From a bacterium (GTDB taxonomy: Bacteria > SAR324 > NAC60-12), in NCBI GenBank assembly GCA_965209155.1, contig OZ242383.1, positions 640,001-704,000 of the forward strand: DNA of 64,000 nucleotides. Reading direction: 5' to 3'. Positions 50,394-59,684 of this stretch are shown here, one piece after another. Position numbers and translations under genes: made by a program. The stretch's first letter is position 1, and each line of letters starts with the position of its first letter. The notes under the pieces are model-generated. The model searched no databases. It was not told where the DNA came from and saw nothing but the letters and a program-made list of their open reading frames with translations.

Positions 50394-51584
50394 ATGGGCA
50401 ACGTATTGGCAAATTCACCTGTAGGAAATGCTATTGATTCAGGTTTGGTTAAAGGCGACCCGCTGAAATCAACAAAGATCGTGATCGCCTCCAACTCCAC
50501 TTGGAGCATCGTTAATTTTCGGACTGGCCTCATCCGAGCCTTATTGGATTCGGGCTGCGAGGTGATCGCCGTGTCCCCGTCCGATGATTACGCACCTCAT
50601 CTGCTTGACCTGGGCTGTCGTTACCTGCCGTTAGCGATGGACAACAAAGGCACTCATCCCGGACGCGATCTCCTCCTCTTATGGCGAATATGGCGATTGC
50701 TGCGACGCGAGCGACCGGACGTTTACTTCGGTTTCACGGTAAAACCCAACATTTATGGTTCGCTGGCTGCTCGCGTATTGCGCATACCCGTGATCAACAC
50801 AATTACCGGACTTGGCGCATCGTTCAACAAACAAAACTGGTTAACGCTGCTGGTGCGCGCCCTGTACCGGTTTGTCCTGGCTTGCTCTGTGATGGTGTTT
50901 TTCCAAAACGAGGATGATCAACGATTGTTCGTCACGGGCAATTTGTTGCCTTCTGAAAAAGCGTGTCGCATACCAGGTTCCGGAGTGAACATAAAGCATT
51001 TCAAACTCATGCCGCTTCCTGTTCATGACAACCGATTCCGCTTCCTTCTGATTGCCCGAATGCTTAAGGACAAGGGCGTGGGAGAATACGTTGAGGCGGC
51101 GCGCGTTATGAAGGACTGTTTCCCCAACGCTGAATTTTGTTTGTTGGGGTTCCTCGATGTTCAAAATCCTTCCGCTATTTCCCGTAGTCGGATGGAAGAG
51201 TGGACCACCGAGGGCGTGGTGCGCTATCTTGGCGCTAGCGACGACGTGCGTGAGGAGATCGAGGCGGCGGATTGCATCGTGCTACCCTCCTACTACCGTG
51301 AAGGGATACCACGCGCGCTGTTGGAAGCCTCGGCTATGGGACGCCCCATCATCACGACCGATGCCGCAGGCTGTCGTGAGGTAGTGGACGACGGAGTGAA
51401 CGGTTTCCTCTGCCGGTCACAAGACGCGCACGATCTGGCAAAAAAAATGGAACAGATGCTGGCACTCAGCCCGGAAGAACGAAGTGAGATGGGTCGACGC
51501 GGACGTGAGAAGATCGAACGGGAATTTGATGAGCGACTGGTGATCGATCGCTACTTGGAAGTTATTGCCAACAAGAATTTATAG
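50394..51584 (+). CDS. Glycosyltransferase family 4 (CapM/PglA-like)
   Basis: NFRTGLI, TVKPNIYG, FQNEDD, PGSGV and SYYREGIPRALLEA. Start codon uncertain. Confidence 0.9.
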   Translation: MGNVLANSPVGNAIDSGLVKGDPLKSTKIVIASNSTWSIVNFRTGLIRALLDSGCEVIAVSPSDDYAPHLLDLGCRYLPLAMDNKGTHPGRDLLLLWRIWRLLRRERPDVYFGFTVKPNIYGSLAARVLRIPVINTITGLGASFNKQNWLTLLVRALYRFVLACSVMVFFQNEDDQRLFVTGNLLPSEKACRIPGSGVNIKHFKLMPLPVHDNRFRFLLIARMLKDKGVGEYVEAARVMKDCFPNAEFCLLGFLDVQNPSAISRSRMEEWTTEGVVRYLGASDDVREEIEAADCIVLPSYYREGIPRALLEASAMGRPIITTDAAGCREVVDDGVNGFLCRSQDAHDLAKKMEQMLALSPEERSEMGRRGREKIEREFDERLVIDRYLEVIANKNL

Positions 51585-51600
51585 GATTGGTCTCGAACGA

Positions 51601-51753
51601 ATGGACAAGCTGCCTGTAGCCGAGGATGAAAATTCAATAACGCTCGTCGTAGACGTCGACGGTTCACTGGTCAGCTCGCCGCGCGTGCGCTTCGCTGCCA
51701 TCCGCAGCCTCGAGAGCGGAAAGATGGTCAACGTCGACAAGACGCGCACTTGA
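51601..51753 (+). pseudogene. Relic of the 5' end of a HAD-UbiA prenyltransferase gene fused to unrelated sequence
   Basis: LVVDVDGSLVS; 51641-51675 equals 52628-52662 at 34 of 35 bases. Confidence 0.65.
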
Positions 51754-51919
51754 TCAACCCGTACAAAAATGAGAGTAAATCATGAAAAAAGTATTCATTT
51801 ATCAGGCTATATCTCTGAAATCGCGAATCTTGTCCCAGCGTGCGGGAAGCGCAACCAGTTGAAGAAGAGAAATAGTAGAAGAAATGCAATAAATCTCATA
51901 GTCATCCCGAGAGCAAACC

Positions 51920-52135
51920 ATGTTTGAAAGAATTACTTTTAATCCAAATATTATGAGAGGGAGAGCGTGTATCCGAGGAATGAGGATTACCGTTTCCACC
52001 ATTGTCAGTCAAATTTCCCATGGTGCGACAGTAGAAGAAATCATCGCCGATTATCCGGATTTGACCCCGGATGATATTCAACAAGCCTTAGAATACGTTT
52101 CGTGGTTAGCACAAGAAGAAATCTATTCTGCCTGA
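51920..52135 (+). CDS. DUF433 family putative antitoxin
   Basis: RITFNPNIMRGRACIRGMRITV...GATVEEIIADYPDL..DDI..AL.Y. Confidence 0.9.
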   Translation: MFERITFNPNIMRGRACIRGMRITVSTIVSQISHGATVEEIIADYPDLTPDDIQQALEYVSWLAQEEIYSA

Positions 52136-52141
52136 GGAACT

Positions 52142-52189
52142 ATGAGATTTCTTGCGGATATGGGGATTGCTTTACGAGTCGTGACATGA
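52142..52189 (+). pseudogene. Truncated DUF5615 PIN-like toxin remnant
   Basis: MRFLADMGIALRVVT then TGA, directly after the DUF433 gene. Confidence 0.65.
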
Positions 52190-52253
52190 TTGAATCCGAA
52201 GCAGTCAAAGCTGTCCTGTCTTTGAGTATTGGTTATCCAACCTCTAAAAAGAT

Positions 52254-52370
52254 GTGTCATGCTGCTCCCGGATCAAGTCTGGGATGATCCAGCATCTAAA
52301 ATATCGCCCGTATCCCCCTGGATTCCTGGTCAAACCAGGAATGACACGTTATTTAACTCCTGATTCACGT
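52254..52370 (-). repeat. Family B element with palindromes
   Basis: Reverse complement of 3854-3938; ends AACTCCTGATTCACGT. Confidence 0.8.
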
Positions 52371-52557
52371 ATTTGTTTTAATTATTCTTCACAAAAAAAG
52401 CCCTTAGGTCGACATATCCGTTATAGAGTTGATGCCAATTGAATAAAGATTCAAAACAGACATTCAAAAATAGATATGTGGAAGCCAAAGGCGTTAAAGG
52501 TAGTATACCCGTAACATCAGTTACGAAGAATCTTGAAAAATTTTTCAAGTGGTCCAC

Positions 52558-54039
52558 ATGACATCCAGGAATACATCTGATAAATCATTGGATTTTTTCA
52601 ATACGACCCGAGATGAGATCACTGCTCCGCTCGTCGTAGACGTCGACGGTTCTCTGGTCAGCGGGGATTTGTCAGTCGAGGGAGCAGTCCAGCTGCTCCG
52701 CATTTCTCCGCTCAATTTCTTCGCCTTGCCCATGTGGTTGTACCTTGCCCTCGTGAAGGGGCGCGCTTTTTTGAAACGAAGGATCGCCCGGGCCTTTGTT
52801 CCGGCACCAGAAACTCTGCTGCTGAACCCGGAGGTGTTGGAGGAAATCGCTGCCGCCCAAGCGGCTGGGCGTCCGGTCTGGCTGGCTTCGGGCTCCGATG
52901 AACTCGCTGTCGCTTCGCTCGCTGAAAGGGTGGCCGCGACGGGATTCTTCGCTTCGGATGGACGGACCAACCTGGTCGGCCAGCAGAAGGCGGCACTTTT
53001 ATGCGAGCGATTCGGCCAGCATGGATTCGATTATATTGGAAACGAACGACGCGACCTGGCGGTATGGCGAGAAGCTAGACTTTCCATCGGGGTCAACCTG
53101 CCGCTGAGTCTGAAGCGTGAGCTTCGCATGATGGACGAAAATGCTCGCTTGCTCGAAGGTCCCGGAGGTCGTCCATCCGATTTTTGGCGCGCGTTGCGTC
53201 CGCAGCGCTGGATTAAGAACTTGCTCGTTTTTGCTCCCTTGCTTGCGGCCCGGGAGACCCGTGTGGAGTCCTACCTGGAGGTGGTCATGCTGTTCATGGC
53301 GCTTTCGATTTGCGCGTCCGGTACCTACCTGCTGAACGACCTGCTTGATCTTCCCCAGGACCGCCGGCACAGGAGCAAACGATTTCGTCCGCTAGCCTCG
53401 GGAAAATTGCCACTGCTCCCGGTGACTTGCGCGGGTATGGCGCTGGTGTTGGCCGGATTGAGCCTGGCCTTTTGGTTGGCCGCCGCGACAGGGTTCTGCA
53501 TTCTTGCATACCTCCTGGTAACTTTCGCCTACTCATTATGGCTTGAGCGAAAGACTTTCGTCGACGTCATTGCCCTCGTACTGCTCGATGCGATTCGCGT
53601 GATTGCTGGTGGGGTCGTGGTTTCGATTACGCTTTCTCCATGGTTTATGGGATTTTTCCTCTTCCTCTTTCTTTCCCTGGCCCTCTTCAAACGTCAAAGT
53701 GAACTGCATGACCTGCGTGAGTCGGGCGGATCGAAGCTCCCCGGGGGCGCATATCTCGTCGAAGATCGCACGGTGGTGGCTGCGTTCGGCGCAGCTTGCA
53801 GCATCGCCACGCTGGTGATGCTCGGCTTTTATATCCAGAGCCCGGAAGTGAGCGCCACATACGGTCGAGCGGGGTGGCTTTGGCTTGTTGGTCCCCTGTT
53901 GATTTACTGGTTGGGACGCATGTCACTGCTCGCCAATCGCGGAATCGCGGATGACGATCCGTTCATCTTCGCGTTGAGTGACAGGACGAGTTGGCTCACC
54001 GGAATCGGGATACTGGCCGTGTTCACGGCAGCGCTGTGA
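52558..54039 (+). CDS. HAD-like domain plus UbiA prenyltransferase (polyprenyl-phosphate phosphoribosyltransferase-like)
   Basis: VDVDGSL, FDYIGN, ALRPQRWIKNLLVF, YLLNDLLDL..DR.H..KR.RP.ASG and DDPFIFA. Confidence 0.85.
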   Translation: MTSRNTSDKSLDFFNTTRDEITAPLVVDVDGSLVSGDLSVEGAVQLLRISPLNFFALPMWLYLALVKGRAFLKRRIARAFVPAPETLLLNPEVLEEIAAAQAAGRPVWLASGSDELAVASLAERVAATGFFASDGRTNLVGQQKAALLCERFGQHGFDYIGNERRDLAVWREARLSIGVNLPLSLKRELRMMDENARLLEGPGGRPSDFWRALRPQRWIKNLLVFAPLLAARETRVESYLEVVMLFMALSICASGTYLLNDLLDLPQDRRHRSKRFRPLASGKLPLLPVTCAGMALVLAGLSLAFWLAAATGFCILAYLLVTFAYSLWLERKTFVDVIALVLLDAIRVIAGGVVVSITLSPWFMGFFLFLFLSLALFKRQSELHDLRESGGSKLPGGAYLVEDRTVVAAFGAACSIATLVMLGFYIQSPEVSATYGRAGWLWLVGPLLIYWLGRMSLLANRGIADDDPFIFALSDRTSWLTGIGILAVFTAAL

Positions 54040-54197
54040 GCGGTTTACAACTTCCGGCGTTTCGAGCCGGGCCTTATTTCCGGGAATCTACAACAAGATC
54101 ATGTTGTCTTTTTTGCCTGAGGCATGACGGGTGCCATTGTGCGCGTCGAAGATGAGCCGCGGATTCCCGACTGACATCTCGTAATTAAAATACTGGA

Positions 54198-55199
54198 ATG
54201 GTACGTATGAATAACGAAAAGTCAAAAAGACCCAGCTATCTCGTAACCGGAGCCACTGGCTTCATCGGCGGGCGGGTGACGGAATTGCTGCTGGACGGCG
54301 GCGCGGAAGTCACCGGCATCGATAACCAGAACCCCGCTTACGACATCCGTCTCAAAGAGTGGCGACTGGCCCAACTCGAAAGCCGGGTGGGATTCAGCTT
54401 CCAGAGAACAGACATCTGCGATCCCTCAGCAGTCGACAGACTCTTCAGGAAGGGCTTCGACGCCGTTATCAACCTGGCGGCTCATGCCGGGGTGAGGGCA
54501 TCGGTGGAAGATCCCCACGCCTACCTCGACTCCAACGTCGGCGGTACCCTGAACCTGCTGCGGGCATGTAAAGCGTATGACGTTCCCAAACTGGTGCAGG
54601 CCTCGTCTTCCAGCGTCTACGGATTGAAAGCCTCGACGCCGTGTCGCGAGGATGCAGCGACCGACTGGCCCCTTTCTCCGTATGCGGCGTCGAAGAAAGC
54701 CTGTGAGATCCTCTGCTACCCCTACCATCACCTGGACGGCACCGACGTCACTGTCTTCAGGTTCTTCACGGTGTATGGCCCGGCCGGGCGGCCCGACATG
54801 GTGCTCTTCCGGGTGGTGAAATGGATCGCCGAGGGGCTGCCCGTCCTTGTCCACGGAGATGGATTGCAGGAGCGAAGTTTCACCTACGTGGACGACGTGG
54901 CGCGAGGCGTCGTTGCCGGGCTGAAGCCGGTGGGTTACGAGGTGGTCAATCTCGGCTCCGACCAGTCGGTGAAACTGAGGGATGCCATCACATTGGCTGA
55001 AAAGCTGCTGGACAAAAAGGCGAAGATCGAGTATCAACCTGGAAATCCGGCAGACGTGCCGGTCAATCCGGCAGACGTCACGAAAGCAAAAAAACTGCTC
55101 GACTGGGAGCCGACAGTGGACCTGGAAGCCGGTCTCGCCAAAACCGTAGACTGGTACCTGGAAAATCGCGCATGGGCAAAAGAACTGATCACGCATTAA
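54198..55199 (+). CDS. NAD-dependent epimerase (UDP-glucuronate 4-epimerase-like)
   Basis: TGATGFIG, LAAHAGVRAS, ASSSSVYG, SPYAASKK and RFFTVYGPAGRPDM. Confidence 0.88.
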   Translation: MVRMNNEKSKRPSYLVTGATGFIGGRVTELLLDGGAEVTGIDNQNPAYDIRLKEWRLAQLESRVGFSFQRTDICDPSAVDRLFRKGFDAVINLAAHAGVRASVEDPHAYLDSNVGGTLNLLRACKAYDVPKLVQASSSSVYGLKASTPCREDAATDWPLSPYAASKKACEILCYPYHHLDGTDVTVFRFFTVYGPAGRPDMVLFRVVKWIAEGLPVLVHGDGLQERSFTYVDDVARGVVAGLKPVGYEVVNLGSDQSVKLRDAITLAEKLLDKKAKIEYQPGNPADVPVNPADVTKAKKLLDWEPTVDLEAGLAKTVDWYLENRAWAKELITH

Positions 55200-55216
55200 A
55201 GAACCGAAGCTTGATA

Positions 55217-55732
55217 ATGAAACCGCTTTCCTATTCCAACATCATTCTGATCGGGATGCCCGGTGCCGGGAAAAGCACGATCGGGGTGATTATTGCCAAA
55301 CAAAGCGCGAAAGATTATGTCGACACCGACGTTTTGATTCAAATTGCGGAAAAGAAATCACTGCAGCAGATCCTGGACGAAGCGGGTTACATGGAATTAC
55401 GCCGCATTGAAGAACGGGTCCTGCTGGACCATCACTGCCGGAATCACGTTATCGCCACAGGAGGGAGCGCCGTGTACAGTGATGCGGCCATGCGACATTT
55501 GAAGGCAAACGGGATTGCGGTCTTTTTAAAAGTCGAAATGGAAGAATTGAAAAAACGGTTGATTGACATGGAGACGCGAGGGATCGCGCAAAGGCCGGGT
55601 CAGAGTTTTGCGGAACTTTATGATGAAAGACAACGATTGTATCGACGTTATGCGGATCTCACCATTGATTGTACCCGCAAAACACAGGAAGAAATTTCGA
55701 TGGAGATCTGCGAACAACTCAAACTTCGGTGA
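55217..55732 (+). CDS. aroK: Shikimate kinase
   Basis: LIGMPGAGKSTIG, DTD, IATGGS and ER..LY..YAD. Confidence 0.88.
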   Translation: MKPLSYSNIILIGMPGAGKSTIGVIIAKQSAKDYVDTDVLIQIAEKKSLQQILDEAGYMELRRIEERVLLDHHCRNHVIATGGSAVYSDAAMRHLKANGIAVFLKVEMEELKKRLIDMETRGIAQRPGQSFAELYDERQRLYRRYADLTIDCTRKTQEEISMEICEQLKLR

Positions 55733-55738
55733 TTTACG

Positions 55739-57256
55739 CTACGCGTTGCAAAGCGCCTGCACCAGACCCTCGATGTTCTGTTGATCGGGAACGAGGGAGA
55801 CGTCGAGTTGATGGCAACGGGCGGATTGAGCGGTTATTTCTCCAATACAGGCAATCCGGGGAGTGTGCTTTTTCAAAGCAGTTTTCCCCGCTTCCGGAAG
55901 CAAGCGGAAGAAATTTTTCACCGTGGAGGTGCTGGTGAAAGTGATCCAGTCCAGTTGCCGGTGCTGCAGTAAATGCACCACCGTTTCCATTTCCGGCGCA
56001 GGGAGAACATTGCGGTAAACAGGGGTTTTGCGCACAGTAGCGCCCCAGCGGATGAGCGCCTGTTCCAGTATTCCTCTTGAATCCTCCGCTTGAGGCAACC
56101 AGACGTGTTGCCCTTCCCAGGAAAGAGGTTCCAGCGCATCGATCAATCCCTCACTCTGGTAGCGTTTAGGAACCACGTCGGCAGTGAGAAAAAACTCTTC
56201 CAGGTAACGAGCGCTGGACCCACCCACGCAAGCAATGCGGCACGAGCCGAATACCCTGCCATCCTTCCCCAATTCCCGCAAGCGTTCCAAACTCCTTTCA
56301 ATCCCATTGATACTGGTGAAAACAACCCAATCCATCCCGCCCGAATTGCAGGCGATCCGGTCGAAAGCTTCCCAGGAATGGGGCGCTTCCAACGAGATCG
56401 TGGCGCAAGTACTGACTTGAGCGCCTGCCGCAACCAGTTTTTCTGCCAGCGAATGCGTCCCTCTGTCAGCGCGCGTGACCAGGATGTGTTGACCAAAAAG
56501 CGGTTTTTTTTCAAACCAATTGAATTGTTCATGGAAGCGACAGACGTCCCCAATGATGGTCAGCACCGGCGCGGTGAATTGTCGCTCGACGACTTTTTCC
56601 ACAATCGTTTCCAGCGTTCCCTGCACCGAACGTTGTTTCGGCCACGTTCCCCATTGGATTACCGTCACCAAAGTCCGGGGATCTCGTCCGGCGGCAATCA
56701 GGCGTTTGGTGACGTTTCGCATGACCGTCAATCCCATCATGACCACAATGGTCCCGATGCGGGCGATAGCGTCCCAGGGTATCATGGTTTGCGGTTTATC
56801 CGGATGTTCCGTGCCTGTCAGGAATACGACGTTGGAGCTGAGATCGCGGTGGGTGAGGGGAATGCCTGCGTAGGCCGGTACGGCGACCGCCGAAGAAACG
56901 CCCGGTATCACTTCAAAGGGCAGGTTGGCGTCGACGACGGAAGCCAATTCCTCTCCGCCTCTTCCAAAAATAAAAGGATCCCCTCCCTTCAAACGTACCA
57001 CGATTTTATTTTCCAGTGCTTTCCGGACAATCAGTTCGTTGATATGCTCCTGAGAAATCGTACGTTTGCCGTGCCGTTTGCCTGCATCGATCAATTCTGC
57101 CTGAGGGGCGTATTGCAAGAGCCGGGGATTGGCGAGGAAATCGTAAATCACCACGTCTGCCTGTTGCAGGACTTCCCGCGCTTTGAGCGTGAGCAGTCCC
57201 GGGTCGCCTGGCCCGGCTCCCACTAAATAAACTTTACTTCTGCCGTGAGACATCAT
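55739..57256 (-). CDS. cobA: Fused uroporphyrinogen-III C-methyltransferase / synthase
   Basis: GAGPGDPGL, RLKGGDPFIFGRGGEE, KPLFG..ILVTR linker and HemD FTS motifs. Confidence 0.93.
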   Translation of the reverse strand: MMSHGRSKVYLVGAGPGDPGLLTLKAREVLQQADVVIYDFLANPRLLQYAPQAELIDAGKRHGKRTISQEHINELIVRKALENKIVVRLKGGDPFIFGRGGEELASVVDANLPFEVIPGVSSAVAVPAYAGIPLTHRDLSSNVVFLTGTEHPDKPQTMIPWDAIARIGTIVVMMGLTVMRNVTKRLIAAGRDPRTLVTVIQWGTWPKQRSVQGTLETIVEKVVERQFTAPVLTIIGDVCRFHEQFNWFEKKPLFGQHILVTRADRGTHSLAEKLVAAGAQVSTCATISLEAPHSWEAFDRIACNSGGMDWVVFTSINGIERSLERLRELGKDGRVFGSCRIACVGGSSARYLEEFFLTADVVPKRYQSEGLIDALEPLSWEGQHVWLPQAEDSRGILEQALIRWGATVRKTPVYRNVLPAPEMETVVHLLQHRQLDWITFTSTSTVKNFFRLLPEAGKTALKKHTPRIACIGEITAQSARCHQLDVSLVPDQQNIEGLVQALCNA

Positions 57257-57472
57257 TCATACCCCTTCCACGATTTGCCGGTATGCGCGCCGGACTCCCT
57301 GGAGGAGCAAGGCTTCTTTACTGAGTCCATAGCGTCTGGCCAGTTTTTCATGGATGATCTTAAAATCTCGCTCGTGATCGTCTCCCTGTTCAAAAATTAC
57401 TTGCAGGTCCTCGAGAATATGATGGTATCGTACTTTTCGAGGGGGGACGGCATGAATCGATATGCGCTTCAC
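57257..57472 (-). CDS. Small hypothetical protein
   Basis: GGAG RBS before GTG; its stop abuts the cobA start, suggesting an operon. Confidence 0.55.
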   Translation of the reverse strand: MKRISIHAVPPRKVRYHHILEDLQVIFEQGDDHERDFKIIHEKLARRYGLSKEALLLQGVRRAYRQIVEGV

Positions 57473-57728
57473 AGGCGCTCCCTGGTCAATTTCGAGTTGG
57501 AATCACGGATGCCGGAAAATAACCCAAGTCGCCCGACTTCACAACACTTTTCAGAGGAAGTCGCTCTTGAACCTTCGAGCTTACCTTTTTGAATTCAAAA
57601 ACTCGATCGTCCTGCCTCTGGCAGCGTGAAACCGGGCGCTTTGAATTAGTGCGGATTCCCGGGTTCGCAGGTATTGGTGTCTTCACAAAAAACTTGCACC
57701 GGTGTCTTGTTCGAGATATTTATTTAAT

Positions 57729-57781
57729 ACGCGAGTCAGGATTTAAAAAACGTGTCAATCCGGATCGGGGGCCGGAATGAC
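57729..57781 (+). repeat. Degenerate family B end plus palindrome
   Basis: ACGCGAGTCAGGATTTAAAAAACGTGTCA...CCGGAATGAC. Confidence 0.6.
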
Positions 57782-57882
57782 AAAGGAGAAAAAGCACCGC
57801 TACTTCTCAATTAAATATATAAATGGAAGCGGGACGGTTCTGCGACTCGAGCAGGGAGGAGAATGGTTCTTTCCACGATCAT

Positions 57883-57968
57883 GGAGGGGTGGGTGAGTGG
57901 TTGAAACCGGCGGTCTTGAAAACCGTTGAACGCGAGTTCCGGGGGTTCGAATCCCTCCCCCTCCGCCA
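57883..57968 (+). tRNA. tRNA-Ser(TGA)
   Basis: Anticodon arm GCGGT-CT-TGA-AA-ACCGT, long variable arm, GCCA end. Confidence 0.95.
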
Positions 57969-57992
57969 GAACCCCCTGAGCCCACACGACTC

Positions 57993-58082
57993 GGAGAGAT
58001 GACTGAGAGGCCGAAAGTGGCAGATTGCTAATCTGTTGTACGCGCAAGCGTACCGAGGGTTCGAATCCCTCTCTCTCCGCCA
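57993..58082 (+). tRNA. tRNA-Ser(GCT)
   Basis: Anticodon arm GCAGA-TT-GCT-AA-TCTGT, long variable arm, GCCA end. Confidence 0.95.
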
Positions 58083-58091
58083 ACCCCGGAC

Positions 58092-58168
58092 GCGCCCGTA
58101 GCTCAGCTGGATAGAGCATCTGATTGCGGTTCAGAAGGTCACAGGTTCGACTCCTGTCGGGCGCGCCA
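58092..58168 (+). tRNA. tRNA-Arg(GCG)
   Basis: GCGCCCGTAGCTCAGCTGGATAGAGC body; anticodon arm TCTGA-TT-GCG-GT-TCAGA; GCCA end. Confidence 0.93.
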
Positions 58169-58194
58169 AAAAAAGGAATCGGATTCTCGGCAAT

Positions 58195-58572
58195 TCAATA
58201 CTCGACGAACTCCGTAGGGTAATGAGACAAATCTAACTTTTCTTGCTCCATTATCAACTGGATTCCCCATTGTTGCATGGCTAATGCTCCAAAGAAAATT
58301 TCAATCGCATTTCCTTCCTCATCCTCTCCAATATGGTCAATGACCATCGCTTCCGTATGGAATGCTTTCCCCTCAATTTCTCCTACCAATAAAGCTGCCT
58401 GAGAAGATGATTTGGTTTCCCCTGCCAGTTTCGTGTACGTGGGAAGAGGTAGTTTCGTCGTAATAAGTCGACTCGCCACCTCGGGAACAATACAGGTATT
58501 TCGCGCTCCTGAATCAAAAAGCGTCCAACTTTTTCTTCCATTGACGTCGATCATTTGACGAATTCTTCCCAT
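58195..58572 (-). CDS. Retropepsin-like (clan AA) aspartic protease
   Basis: LFDSGA catalytic motif, IFFG..AMQ C-terminal motif and GGAGAGG RBS. Confidence 0.7.
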   Translation of the reverse strand: MGRIRQMIDVNGRKSWTLFDSGARNTCIVPEVASRLITTKLPLPTYTKLAGETKSSSQAALLVGEIEGKAFHTEAMVIDHIGEDEEGNAIEIFFGALAMQQWGIQLIMEQEKLDLSHYPTEFVEY

Positions 58573-58905
58573 CCTCTCCTTTTTGAATTTCAATTTTTCC
58601 AACGAAGCCAATCAATATCGCGTCTCAATGAACCTTCCGATGTTTGGAGCCTACAAGACCGGGTGAAGTCGGAAGAATGCATTCCTTTCAAGAAAGCTTG
58701 TTTTAGTGGATTTCAGAATAAACTGCAATCCTGCAACGCATTGTGAGTCAAAACAGTCGCCAAATGAACGAAATCAAGCCTTTCATTTCTTGCGGCAGGC
58801 TATGTTATTGTCCTTTACAGGTTTATTTTCGGATGTTAACGTCCTACACTGGTTTTGAATTTCTTTCGTTTACAAGAATGATTCTCCAATACCAATGGGA
58901 GTGTT

Positions 58906-59673
58906 GTGAAAAAACTGACGGCCATCATTCCTACTTTCAACGAAGAACGCAACATCGAAGACGTCATCGAATCGGTCTCATTCGCCGACGAAATAATGGT
59001 AGTCGACTCTTTCAGTACCGACAATACCGTTGAAATCGCCCGGCGATATACCGACTTTATCGTGCAGAAAAAATACGAGAATGACTCTTCTCAAAAAAAT
59101 TGGGCCATTCCCCAAGCGAACTTCGACTGGATTCTGTTGGTCGATGCGGACGAAAGAGTGAGTACGGGATTGAGGGATGAGATTGTCCGCGTTTTAAAGG
59201 AAGACCCCGAGTGCGTGGCGTTCCGGATCAGACGCTCCAATTATTTCATGGGGAAAAAAATACGATTCAGTGGCTGGCAAGGAGATTCCGTTATCAGGTT
59301 GTTCAAGCGGGATGAATGCCGTTACCAGAACAAACGAGTCCATGCGGAAATAGAGACTGCTGGAAAAATCGGCCGGCTTGAAAATAAATTGAATCACAAT
59401 ACGTATACCAATCTCACGAGCTACCTGGAAAAAGCAAACAGTTATTCCACATGGGGAGCTTACGATCGAGTCGGCGAAGTCAAAAAGGTCACATTCTATC
59501 ACCTGTTGATCAAGCCATTTTTCCGATTCTTGAAACACTACGTGATCCGATTGGGATTTTTGGATGGAAGGGAGGGATTCATCATTTCCGTGTTGTCGGC
59601 GCAGCACGTTTTTATAAGAAGTCTCAAATTGTGGCGTATCAAAAAGGGAGAAGCATTCGATAAACCCGCATAG
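58906..59673 (+). CDS. Glycosyltransferase family 2 (WaaE/KdtX-like LPS glucosyltransferase)
   Basis: IIPTFNEE, VVDSFSTDNT, WILLVDADE and LGFLDGREG. Confidence 0.88.
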   Translation: MKKLTAIIPTFNEERNIEDVIESVSFADEIMVVDSFSTDNTVEIARRYTDFIVQKKYENDSSQKNWAIPQANFDWILLVDADERVSTGLRDEIVRVLKEDPECVAFRIRRSNYFMGKKIRFSGWQGDSVIRLFKRDECRYQNKRVHAEIETAGKIGRLENKLNHNTYTNLTSYLEKANSYSTWGAYDRVGEVKKVTFYHLLIKPFFRFLKHYVIRLGFLDGREGFIISVLSAQHVFIRSLKLWRIKKGEAFDKPA

Positions 59674-59684
59674 CGCTTCTCCAG

